From assembly GCF_021869535.1 (NCBI RefSeq), contig NW_026262745.1, positions 22,196,001 to 22,260,000 on the forward strand: a stretch of 64,000 nt of DNA, read 5' to 3'. The notes beneath the pieces are model-generated. The model made no database searches and was not told the origin of the DNA. It worked only from the letters and a program-made list of their open reading frames with translations. How positions within the stretch are numbered: the first letter of the stretch is position 1; each line of letters begins with the position of its first letter. The position numbers and the translations under genes are program-made. Shown here piece after piece: positions 38,131-50,350 of this stretch. Source of the stretch: Mytilus californianus. Lineage: Eukaryota.

Positions 38131-40601
38131 TTTAAAAATGAAACAAGGGTAAACCATTTGGTTGACTGTTTAAATCCACAAAAACTCATTCTTATACAGG
38201 TAAAAACGATGATTAACAATTAAAAACTATCTACAAAAGTGGAAAAATACATATTAATATAATTTAATATATTTATATACCCACATTAACAATAATCAAC
38301 CCAAAAAGGGTGGGTTGGTGGGTAAACATAATAACAAACTGCTGCTCCGTAAACTATAGACAAACTTCGAATAAATTTAATTTCTCGAACGAACCCCTTA
38401 AGTGATACTTAATTATGCTTATCACGAATCTCATGAGTTGCATATACCCGTAAAAACCGGGTATATGCCATCCAATCATAACTAACATAAACACAAACCA
38501 TGTGCTTTGAATAAACACAAACACATGTTTATAGTAAACAATCACTTGTCAATGACCGTTACTACATCATGTGACCAATAACTTTAATAAATATATATAT
38601 TTTACCTGTATTTTGTCCGCAGATTAAAGAATTGAATCATTCAAGGAATAAACCAAATACCAATAAAAAGATATCAAGATAGCAATAAATGAATAGTAAG
38701 TAAGACAGGATAGACGACATAAGAAATAGTATGCTAATGTGAGTAAATCTTTTTATTTATTTTTTTGGTATTAGTTGAAAGTAACATTACAAATACATCA
38801 ATGTTTATATTGATCTAATATTGTTTTTATAGTGATCACATTAAAAGTCTCTGAAATTGTTTTCCACCCTTAAATGAACTCCTGATTATTGAAAAAAAAT
38901 CACGTAACATGAAATTGACATGTCTCTGGTGTATAGTTGTCTCATTTACCATCACACCATATACCGTAGTGTTCTCGCAATAAGTAGTATAAACCATTTG
39001 AATTCACGGGCGAATCAACTATTAGCTTTTAAATGCATAATGTTTTCTCACATTTTAAATTTTAATCTATTTAAGAATAAATTGAATGTCGTATATCATT
39101 GAAACGAAAATCAAGACATTACAAAATTTCACCGAATATCTAGATTGTATGGTCTTTCAAAATCTACGTCCACGAATACGTCAATCCAAACTTAAGTTAA
39201 CTCATGTGAGTTTGATTATCTAAGTAATATATTTCACTGACTTCTTTCACCGCTTTTATTTTATCAGGTCAAACTGCAGAATTACTTGTCATGTAGAATT
39301 GTTACAATGCAAGGGTTCTTAAGCTAAAACAACATTTATTATATCATATCCAATTATTTAGCTCAAATAAGTTTTGATATATCTTGTTTGAAGAATCTTT
39401 TGTTTTAAAAGAAATTGAGTATATCTTAAGTTGGCTAAGTTGGTCAGCTTAAGGTCCACTAGCCTGTCAACTATGAGGTTGTTAGTTCGAACAATATTCA
39501 TGGCGCATAGTCTTAATTGTCAAGGAATGATAGTTTCCTGCCGAAGGATGGTTCATGGTATCCCCCCCCCCCCCTTTTCATCGACCAATTAAAGGTTGGC
39601 GTCATAATATAGTCCATATAATTCCCTTACGCTTTACTATGGAATGTTTAAACAATAATTCTTGATAAAAAGTTGCTTGCTGAAGTAATTGGAGTTACTC
39701 TACTTTAATTGGGTCATGGTAGCACTAATGTTTCATTATTTAGTAGCTGATCGTTTCTTTATTTTCCACTTTAAAGTATTTGCATATTGATTTTTTTTGT
39801 AATATTGTAATATAGGAATAAGGACAATCGTCTTTATGAATTTTATCTTTTTATGTTGTTTCGTATGAAAATTAGAGGCTTTATAGAGGTTGTGTCGCTC
39901 ACCTGGATCTATGTTCATCTTTAACAATTGATGGTCACTCTCCAACATTGTAGACTAGAATATGATTTAGATTGAAATGCTATTTTTTGGTTGAACTTAT
40001 ATTGCTGCTTATTATCTTTATTCAAGGCTAATACCTCCTATAAGGAAATTGACTGACAATTTCGGCTTCGTTGAACTATTTATTCATCTTGTCTTGCCGA
40101 TCATACAGTTTTTGCAAAAAATGGCAAAACATGTTAAAATCTATAGAAAAGGGCAGTTTCAACTATAAGGAATCGACTCACATTTTCGGCCATGTTGATA
40201 TATTTGTAGAACTTGTCTTGGTGATCCTTGTTGTCTATGTTTTTTTTGTTTTTTGTTTTTTTTTTTTTGCAATTAAAAATGCAAACATGGGTGAAATTCA
40301 TCATTATAGAGCAATAACTACTCAAAGAGTAGACTGACAGTATCGGCCATTTGTTTTATATTTATTTTTTTTGTAGATCTTGTCCTGTTGATTATTTTTG
40401 TTATTATAAGTTTCTCTCTATCAATTATAGTGTTCGAGTTTTACCCTTTTTTTGCGTTTTTGTTAATTATCTTATCTAGTAATTCTCCAATAGTAAAGTA
40501 TTTTATTCATTGCTGAAATGACTTTCCAGTTTTTTTTTTAAATAACGGAATCAGTGAATTTACCATTGGCAATGATAATTCACGAACAACACTAAAATAC
40601 A

Positions 40602-40853
40602 ACGTACGCAGTTAATAAACTTGCTTACACTGCACATATTTTGCTATACACTGAACTCAGTCGGCGTTTATAGGGTCCAATTTGCAATATGATTGGAGGT
40701 ATGGTATTTCATATTTAAATGGCCAGTGAAAAAAGTATTTAAATTTTGTATATGACAATTTAATACAAAGTAACAGATAATACAGCAAATGATCTTTTAT
40801 TAACATTTTTGTGTCAAATTAGTTGAATTTTTATAATGTTTTAATTGAATCAT
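40602..40853 (+). repeat. ~250-bp segment duplicated at 42945-43197
   Basis: Near-identical sequence (ttacactgcacatattttgctatacactgaactcagtcgg...ttttaattga) at both places. Confidence 0.92.
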
Positions 40854-41499
40854 AAATTCAAACGAAATGTTGGCTCTACTTTTGATGTATTTACAGTTAA
40901 CATTCTTTTTTGTTGTTGTAATATTTTAGAAATGAAAGATACAAATTTATTCGTGTGTTCGTGTGTTCTCGTATGAAACAGGTATTATCACTATCACCAG
41001 AAGTCCATTAATGGACTTCTGATATCACTTATTGTCTGTATTTTAACCAAAAAAGTATAACAAAAATACTGAACTGCAAGGCAAATTAAAAAAAGGGAAG
41101 TCCATAAAACTGACAAAATCAAACGCTATCACCAACGGAACACAAGTGAAAAACAACTGCCATATTTCTGACTTGGTATAGGCATTTTCAAAGATTTATT
41201 CCCCCCCCTTACACAAGTTATCACCTACAATTAAAATGGTTTAGATACGTAGCTTTTCCCGGCAATAGAAATTTGCCATCATGATACCAAAGAAAGCTGA
41301 TGTTGGCGTTATCACCAGCAGTTAGTTTATCTAACTCTACAAAAAATCGTGAAATGTGTTCAAATTTAAATGACGTATTGCAAAACTTTTATAGACTGGC
41401 GAAACAAATTATACGTTTAAGTTTTCTTCTAATAACAATATGTGAACATGAGAAGTTTAATGCTAAAAAAGTTGTTCTATGATTATATTTATGAATGCA

Positions 41500-41760
41500 T
41501 TCGCGTCGCGCATGCGACAGGAATATTTCCACGTTCCTGCATTGTCAATCACTTAAAACTCCTAAACTGTACTGTTTTGCGTCATATACATATTCATGAA
41601 GTTTTCCCACGGTCCGTGCAAAACGTTTTTGGATTTTTCTTTACCATAAGATCTGGGCATACATGCAATTAAAATAGTCCTGGAAGATGGTGTCTGAGGG
41701 AGAGACCTTGGATTTACTGTAAAAGGTGGATTGAATTATGAATTTGAATTGAAAGGTACG
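41500..41760 (+). promoter_or_regulatory. Candidate promoter and non-coding first exon of the NZF-SH3-SH3 gene
   Basis: CpG-richer patch with GCGCATGCG (NRF1-like) at 41508-41516, an AAGATGG motif near 41685 and an aaag|gtacga donor-like site near 41755. Weak, inferential. Confidence 0.25.
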
Positions 41761-42929
41761 AATATTTTATTACATAGAACTCAAACTCGGTATACTCTTT
41801 TGGAAATTAATTTAGTTTAGTTGACGGCTTCTTTAATGTTTGTCTTGGATATAATACATGGAATATTTGCCACTGTGTGTTCGAAATTGACATTTTAATG
41901 TTACGCACATATGGACATTATCGCTAAATTCCTTCAGTAAAATTCCACGGGGTTTCTACAACTATCGGGATTTATCCCGTGACTGAATGGTGCTACTTCG
42001 GGTGAAATAGTCGTGCACCCGTTTAAAAATAGATTTCCTTGTCAAAAACTAGAACCCCCATAATGCAATTCAAATTTTGAGAGGGTTTTCTTAACAAAAA
42101 AATGATGACCAATTCTAGGTAGTAGTGCGGACAGACGAACACAGTCTTACATCTAAACCCTTCCGAGTAAAAATTTCATATCTTCTCTCAATTATGAAAT
42201 GGCTACGTAGAGTTGTAAATCAGTCATCCCATGCTGATAAATGGACAGATAACATTACTTAAGAAATTGAATTTTTTTTTATTTCAACATTTTTATAACT
42301 AATCATGGAAATCAGATATTAAAATGAACGAAGGAAAGTTTGTGATGCATTATTTTCCTACACATTAAAAAAAATAGATTTTTTTATTTTTCTTCCTACA
42401 AAAACTTCACACAATTTATATTAGATATTTACATTTGTAATTAACTAAATATTCACATTTACAAACATAGATAAGTGTTCTGTATTTACTATTAATTCAT
42501 TCATGCAACAATTACCACCTTTTATCAAGCACAAAACATGTGGTATTCATCGACTAACAAACTTACAATTTGAGTGATAAATTCATTTGAAAATTAAGTG
42601 TTTTCTTAGTTGTGGGCTGATAAGCTGATTTCCAATCATACATTTTTTTGATGCGATTTCTTGGGGATAGATATAGAACTTAACAGGGTATCGGTCAGCA
42701 CAAGCTTTCTGATCAAAAGATTGAGAACCGTTCAAACATTTTTTTTTCAAATTTAAATATTGGACAAAATGGATTACGGATATCTAACCTGATTTTAACC
42801 ATTATCCGGGTTTGCTTTAGTTTGGTAGTCTCTTTTTTAAAAGAATTGATAAAAAATGTAATTATGATATAAAAGTGATCATTGCTAAAGTGCAAAAAAA
42901 AAATAAAATGATTTAATGCATTTTTTCTT

Positions 42930-43212
42930 ACGTACGTATGTACGCAGTAAATAAACTTGATTACACTGCACATATTTTGCTATACACTGAACTCAGTCGG
43001 GCGTTTATAGGGTCAAATTTGCAATATGATTGGAGGTACATGTATGGTATTTCATATTTAAATGGCCAGTGAAAAAAGTATTTAAATTTTGTAATTGACA
43101 ATTTAATACAGAGTAACAGATATTACAGCAAATGATCTTTTATTAACATTTTTGTGTCAAATTAGTTGAATTTTTATAATGTTTTAATTGATTCATCACG
43201 TACGTATGTACG
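42930..43212 (+). repeat. Second copy of the ~250-bp segment, flanked by a 15-bp direct repeat
   Basis: acgtacgtatgtacg at 42930-42944 and 43198-43212. Confidence 0.9.
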
Positions 43213-44950
43213 ATAAATATAATGTTTTATTTTGAAATGATTATTTTTGCAGATGACACTTGTTCAGAGCAGAGCTTAAATCGAAAGAATTTGTACATGT
43301 GGCACATTTCTTCATCTTTTTTTCAATGGGGAGCACTAATGGCTTGAATCAGAGAGAGTGAACAATATCATTTAACACTGGATCAAATCTTAACAAAATC
43401 CCTGTACTAAACGCTACTCGGAAAGACGATGTTACCACCTGTGCAATGTTTCAGTTATCTATTACATGCATCAAGAGTGCACGTTTCTTTTGTTTATTCA
43501 AATGAGCATAAGCTGTCAAATTCATGTTAACTGATTTGACCCAAATTCTCATATTTGGTTTATAACATACTAAAACGTATATCCAAATTACAAATATTCC
43601 AAAGTAAACAATAAACAATGCTTTAATATAACTGCATTTCATGCGTACTTTAGATTATACACCATCTAATTATCAATAGAAATGACCCCCGGTCATTTAT
43701 TTAGCCCAATATAAAAATAAATATAAATATGCAGACAAACACGTTCAATCGTAAAATGTTTTTTTTTCTAGGTCTGTTTTATTTCAGGTTATTGGTTAAA
43801 GAAATATGTAACTCATCATTAAACCTACATAAGAATGATTTTTTTTCTGGGCTAGATCAGTCCACGAAATAATTATTCATGGTGTCTTCCTTGTTTCATT
43901 TTTCAATTTTGTTTTCAATGTTGACATTCTTTACTGAAATACTGACCAAATGCTTAACAAATGCGCAACCAAACTTTATTAAAGGTTAAACAATAAACAG
44001 TTGCATGAATGCGGATTCAATGAGTTGAACCATTGACTTGCAAGCAAATAATACAACACGAAGTTTTTTTGGCTTATTTTGAAGAAATTGGACCAAACTG
44101 ACAGTTAATAGCGAAAAATCATACATTCTGATTTTATAAATGTTTAAAAAATTTAAAAAAAATAAATCATAGCTTAATTTTTTGTCCAAGTTTTAGCTAG
44201 TGGCCGTTTAAAATTAACGAATTCTTAGAAGCAGGACTATTTACAACTTCAAATGTCTTATTTTATAGCGATTTAATATGTAAGGCCATTTCAAATTGAA
44301 CATTTTATCTTCAGAACTTTACGTAAAATAAATATTGGACCAAGCGAGCGTTATTTCTAATATTATATTTTTCTTCCGAAATTAACAATTTAGAAAGCAA
44401 TAGCTGAAACTTGTTGAGAGAAAAGAATGTAATTTTTTGCTACAAAACAGTAGAGCTAGAAATCATTTTTCAACATAGAAATACGTAATTTTTTTGTGAA
44501 TTGTGAGGTCGAGCAAAAAAAAGGAAATAGTTGTTTTCATTTCAATGGAGCAATAATTCAATAAAAATGTTCAGGGAATGGCTATATCTTTTTTTAAGGT
44601 TTCAAATTTTAGAGCGTTGAAATCTGAAGAACTATGAATTAGTTTGGAGTAGCCTAAATTTGCCTTTACATCTGTCACTTAATAATATGATTGCAAATAT
44701 ATAAAAACTAAAAAATAACAATATAAAGTTACATACAAAATACTAACAGTTTGAACATATATGAACTCATATAATAAACTCATAATAATCATCACTGTAA
44801 CTTTTAGATGAACAGCCATACAAGCCTGTTCCTTTGCTTTTTGTGTTTTTATTTAGCTGTGCATGTACTGATTTTGTGTCATGGATGGATACCCAATATC
44901 CTTTGTCTTTCTATTCTATCATCATAGATACCAGACTAAAAGTTTTGTAG

Positions 44951-44991
44951 GCCAGACGCGCGTTTCATCTTCAAAAGAATCATCACTGACG
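44951..44991 (-). ncRNA. Degenerate minimal hammerhead ribozyme in a Penelope-associated repeat
   Basis: Minus strand GTCA-GTGATGA-TTC(ttttgaa)GAT-GAAA-CGCGCG-T-C-TGGC. Palindromic stem III ACGCGCGT; C3 changed to G and stem II mismatched. Confidence 0.6.
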
Positions 44992-45468
44992 CTCGAATCA
45001 ATAAATTTAAAATAAAAGAACGAAGTTGAAAAGGATAAAAAAAAGGGCATATTATTATTGGTGAGTCACGGTACATTCTCATACATAGTGCACAGAAGAT
45101 AACTCTTTATTTTGCTTTTGGTTCATCAATCAAATCACAAACTTATATTGATATATCAACATTCTCTACATAAAGGATCCAGATCAGTTTCTGGCTATGA
45201 ATCAAGTGTTTAAAGTTGGTTCAGAGTGAAATAACATTAGAGCACATGCAGTTTCATTTAGTTTGAGATGATATGCACGAAAAAAATCCCAATTTCATTA
45301 GACGTGCAATATTGTTTTTTTCTTTATGATCACAAGTTTATGTTTTGATCATCTTTAGGAGTAAAGGTTTACATAAATTCAGGTAGAACTTTTGAAATGA
45401 AATAAATGTATTATAAAATAGCAAACAGGAAATGTCAAATCTATTGTATCTTATTTTCATTCCATAAG

Positions 45469-45568
45469 ATGTCGAACATTGTAAAGTGGATTTGTAATAA
45501 ATGTGGACAATTCAGTACAATTGAAGACAGGAAATGCACAGAATGTTTGGCAGACTATGCTGATGGAG
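45469..45568 (+). CDS. NZF-SH3-SH3 gene, exon encoding a RanBP2/NZF-type C4 zinc finger (probable first coding exon)
   Basis: ttattttcattccataag acceptor followed directly by ATG. MSNIVKWICNKCGQFSTIEDRKCTECLADYADG fits W-x-C-x2-C-x10-C-x2-C. gtattt donor at 45569, phase 1. Too short for the ORF track. Confidence 0.75.
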
Positions 45569-47299
45569 GTATTTAAAAATAAAAGTTTTACAGTCGCCAG
45601 TAAACTCGGTTGACCGTTTTAATCGCAGTGGTGAGACTAAGGTTGCAATACACAGTTATGAAAAAAATCAAACATTAACTATCATAATTACTGTGTGTGT
45701 CATGTATGTGCATATATAAGGAAACAACATCTTCCATAGATTTGATTTCCAATAGTTATCATGGTGAAATATAATCTCTTTTTGTTGTAACCGTGGCAAC
45801 AAACAAATATTGCAAAAAGGGAGGGGGGATGAAAATGTCCCAAAAGTCCCAAAAAATTTGTCCAAAGTAGAATTTAAATCCATTGGAGTGATACCTTCAG
45901 CTTTCTAAAAATCAATTATAAAAAAAATTACCGGGGCCAAAATGCAAAACCAAACTCCTAACTGTGTATTGTTACAGTCGACGTTCAGTTTACGGCATTG
46001 AAGTCGTTAACAATGAAAATTTGATAGGGCCACTAATAGTAGGTTTAGGATATTTGTTATATAGTTGAATTAGCATTGGCCTATCTCATTTCAATGGAAA
46101 TATTTTCCCTAGAGTGTGTAAACATTTGTTATAATGTCATTTTATCTGGAACTACTCATGGCATGTCAATGTTCTTTGGTATGCAGTGTGATAAATTGAC
46201 AATATACCACATAGACAATTTGTCCACTTAACCTCAATCATGGTCTATTGACTTTTGAATACTTTACATGTAAAAGTTTGTGTTGAGGTCAGTTTTAGGG
46301 GAGATACTTATAAGTCAATGATATTTGGTATGCAAACGGTTTTAGCATTGGACTATCTCATACCTATTGAGATTATTTGGCCCTGCATCTCATTCATGGT
46401 TCATCAACAATGTTCATTGACGGAATGTTTTGCAAACTTTGTCATTTCTAATTTCAAGCTTTTCAATATATTACCAAAAGTATATACTGGCGTTTCTTTG
46501 TCAACAGTTCATTGAATGAATTTGTTACTTAAAATAAAAATCTTCAATTTAATACTAGTACTACCACAAATACCTTCATTTTCAAATGAAATTTAATTGT
46601 CCCTGTCGTGTTACTCTTTCTCTACTTTCTGTGTATTATTTGTATACTGATGATTGCATTTTTGAATATTTTACCGGGTTTCTGTGCCCTATCTATAGAT
46701 ACTTGCATTGTTAACAAATAAATGAAAGACGAAGGATGTTTTTATAAGTGTCAGTATATGTTCCCTTTAATTAACTTTTTTTCAAATTTGAACATCAGAA
46801 AATTGAGGCATGAAATACATCTTAAGGTCGAGAGATATTTTGACGTTTAGATTTAGATTTTTTTGTTGTAACTTCCCTGAATCTGTAAAAGTTACAATAG
46901 GACAAATATTAAGTTCATATTGCAGAGATTTGATACTTCAGCACCAAACCTACCAGATGAAGTTTATTGCAGTTATTTTCTTTAAAAAGCGTATGAAAAT
47001 AACACTGCTAGTACTTCCTTTAATGCCGTTTCGATAAAGTACATTAAGTTTACCTAGAAGCTTTCCCAAACCTCTCACTTGGCATTACTCCAGTGAATGT
47101 TTTGTTTAATCAATATGACTTTCAACTCCAAATGAAAAGGATGTCCCTAGGATCATCTTAAATGATGTCATGAAAACAACCTTTGTGCAGTCTTCAGATT
47201 CCTCTTTATGCTACAAACATTTAAACAAGTCTATTTATGTTTGGTCCTGTTTTGTTCAACTTTCAGATATATTAGATTTCAACGACAATTTGCAGCATT

Positions 47300-48720
47300 G
47301 TCTCATTTCTAAATGTAATCAAAACACCTGTTAAACTTGTGGTATACTGATTACTGATATCTTCTTTCAAAATAACTAGAGAACGATATGTTATAATATA
47401 CGAAGATCTGAATTGTACTGCTTCTAATATTGTGTATGGTATTGAGGTATTTGTTTGTGGATTAATCTATGTCGTGGAAACACGATAAAGACTTAACGAA
47501 ATAATGAACGATGACCTGTCTAATGTTAATGATCCTGAGAACAATACATTTTTTTTATTATCACTTGCACAAATCTGATCAGTCCATCCTCTCTAAATAA
47601 GAAAGTCAGGATCATAGAGAAACTCTATCATTCTACAAATGATCCATATTGAGTACACCATATCCCTTAAAAATAGAAGGTTTCTGGATTCGAGAGTTGT
47701 GAATAGCTATCCCTTGTGGATGCAACGACAAAAGTAATGGTTTAGGTATGTTGTCTAGTCCAAGGTAAAGTGAAATCAACAAATTAAAATTAGTTTGCAA
47801 TCTCTTTTTCTACGCATTAGGAGTCATGGTCGTCGACAATATACACCATATGCAATTCACACCTTGTCTATAATTTTCTGGACATAAACCTTTGGGAATT
47901 CACTGTATTTGAACTAAACTTTTTTCTATACTTTTATCAAAGCTCAATTCACTATTTCAAAAGGCTCCAAACACTTTTGTCATTAACACAAATTCTGAAT
48001 TCTGCTAAGTACAGATTGGATATTGTTACTATAAGCCATTTAAACCAGTGACAACTACTTCCAAAGATGATTTTCCCAGAATTGTGATGCTATCAATATT
48101 AGCAATATTTTCCACCACAAATCTGCGCAGAAAACAATACCTTTTTACTTCAAGCTGTCATTTCATAAAACTACTCCAAACCTATTGCTTCTAAGATTTT
48201 CAATCTCATCAGGAAATTAGAGACATTTACCATAAGGGACGTAAAATCTAAACCTCCCGACTACTCTTGTGCACCGCCAAACATACAAATATAGTGTCGC
48301 GATCATGTTATAACTGGAGACCTTGCTATCGTAAACAATGAACATCTTTGAGAATTGTTAACTAATGACCCAAGGTATTGAAATGCTCAGTTCATTAACT
48401 GGAAGAAGTTCAGTTTACTAATAGATGCATTTGAGGACTTGGCAGAAAATGGGTTAAGCGCGAGTCAGATGAACCAAAACTGGACATTTTAACTGAAGGG
48501 ATCAAAGCTGTTTGGTCATGCATTCATAAGGGCATTCATAAGCTACGCCGTACGATGAACTCATGGGTGTCTGATCCTTCCAAGAAACCAGAGGTTGTGG
48601 ATTCTTTATCCTCTCTTCATGACAAATATGTTGTTGTTACAGCAGAAAAAGCCGCAAACAATATTTTTTCATATATTTATAAATCATTATTTGGAATGTC
48701 TTACTAAGGAACTTATAATT
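47300..48720 (+). mobile_element. Degenerate Penelope-like element with N-terminal GIY-YIG endonuclease (Naiad-type arrangement), 5' half
   Basis: From 47402: EDLNCTASNIVYGIEVFVCGLIYVVETR*RLNEIMN; then KVRIIEKL..FWIREL*IAIPCGCND; HVITGDLAIVNN; SSLHDKYVVVTAEKAANNIF (the DK motif that opens PLE RT). Many stops and frameshifts. Confidence 0.8.
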
Positions 48721-48899
48721 CACACAAAAGAGATGCAAAAGATACCAAAGGGACATTAAAACTCATAAGTCGAAAAAAAGGACAATGTCATGGCAAAAAA
48801 ACCGAAAAACGATCAAAAGACATAGAAACAAAAAATTGAGCAACGCGAACACTACCAAACACAGAGGGTGATCTCAGGTGCTCCAGAAGGGTAGGCAGA

Positions 48900-49660
48900 T
48901 CTTGCTCCACATGTGGCTTTCGTTTTGCTGCTCACGAAAGGACAATCCTGATGATCAGTGTTATTCAGTTTCCTCGAGGGAACGAGGACGTGATTGTGGT
49001 TACCACATGTGGAACATATCCGTCGTCATCTGTGAAACAGATATTCAATAACGGTCAACCAATTTATGATGGCGTTCGTAAAATTTCGAAGGGACGATTT
49101 CAACTTCATCACTTGGAACTCTCGCTTAAATAGCTTTCTTGAAAGCAGCAACCCTTTATCAAGGAAATCATGATAATAAATGCAAGCTCTGGAATATCGT
49201 TCCAACTTGGAGACATACACTCCATATGCAGGCGCCAATGGAATGTTTCTACTTGAAATTGAAAGTTCAGAATTAGGAAGCTGAAATCATCTTTTTTGTC
49301 GTAAAGTTTTGTTTTGCAATCAAGATATGAAGCAGACGTATCTGTATCTGTTGTTTCCTTTTTTCAAGTTGCATAGGATAGATGAGTTCAACATAGTCAC
49401 CAAACTTTGTATTGTTTATTGAGAAGACATCATCTATATAGCGGTACGTGAATTTAAAGGATAATGCTAGCTTCTTTTAATTCGTCCTAAGAAGCTCGTG
49501 TATGAAGTCAGTCTCATATGAATAAAGAAACAAGTCGACAAGAAGATAAGAGCAGTTGGTTCCCATAGGAATGTCGATAGTTTGTTGCACAATACGTCCA
49601 CCAAACTGGACAAATATGTTGTCAATCAAGAAACATCTTGAAAATGACATTTTCAGAGAA
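48900..49660 (-). mobile_element. Degenerate Penelope-like RT core and C-terminus
   Basis: FLIDNIFVQFGGRIVQQTIDIPMGTNC..LLVDLFLYSYE...FTYRYIDDVFSINN and APAYGVYVSKLERYSRAC (ORF 49026..49238). Confidence 0.9.
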
Positions 49661-49669
49661 TTTTTTGTT

Positions 49670-50054
49670 TGAATCCGAGTAATTTTTCACAAAGTACGAT
49701 TTATCCCTCCCTTAGACAAGATACTTGTATCTGCGTTGGTCCTTCTATATTAACAAACCAGGACCAATTCTTCCAATTTGTCTTTTACCTTGGAATGGGG
49801 GACACTTTTGTTAAAGGACTTTTTTTATCCACGACATTTTTGTTGAGTGTGGTGGATTGATATTTTAGCCGTCAGTCGATATTCCAATAGGTACGTACTA
49901 GGCACAACTACTGGCCGACTTGTTTTTTATTTACTCATATGAAGCATATTTCATGCATAAACACAAGAAGGAAAAGGCATCTTGCAAAGTTATTTCATTA
50001 TACTTTCAGATCGATGATCGATGTTCTGTTACTCAACAACCCATTCAATGATGG

Positions 50055-50116
<62 letters not shown>

Positions 50117-50350
50117 TGAACTTGAGATTAAGGATACTTTCGAAAATTGAAGGTCTGATTCATATCTTGATCTTTTGATCAATATTGACACAGATGGACG
50201 ACTTCAAACTAGAATATATGACAAACGTGATGATTTCAACTTTCCAATTGTCAACGTCCCATTTCTCAGCAGTAACATACCCTCTTCTCCATCGTGTGGC
50301 GTTTACATATATCAGTTGATACGTTACGCTTGTGTATGTTCACACTATTC
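49670..50350 (+). mobile_element. Degenerate Penelope-like RT (possibly the continuation of 47300-48720), interrupted by (TA)n at about 50056-50112
   Basis: DIFVECGGLIF..DIPIGT; RIYDKRDDFNFPIVNVPFLSSNIPSSPSCGVYIYQLIRYAC (ORF 50175..50531). Confidence 0.85.

Noticed and set aside
43251-43430. Acceptor-like tttttgcag|ATG upstream of the NZF exon
   Set aside because: Short frames, no recognisable domain and no convincing donor.
36719-44215. Single large TTAA-flanked transposon from ttaaggggcattagct (36719) to agctagtggccgtttaa (about 44195-44211)
   Set aside because: The ends match only loosely, the interior is a patchwork of unrelated repeats, and two separate fragments is the simpler reading.
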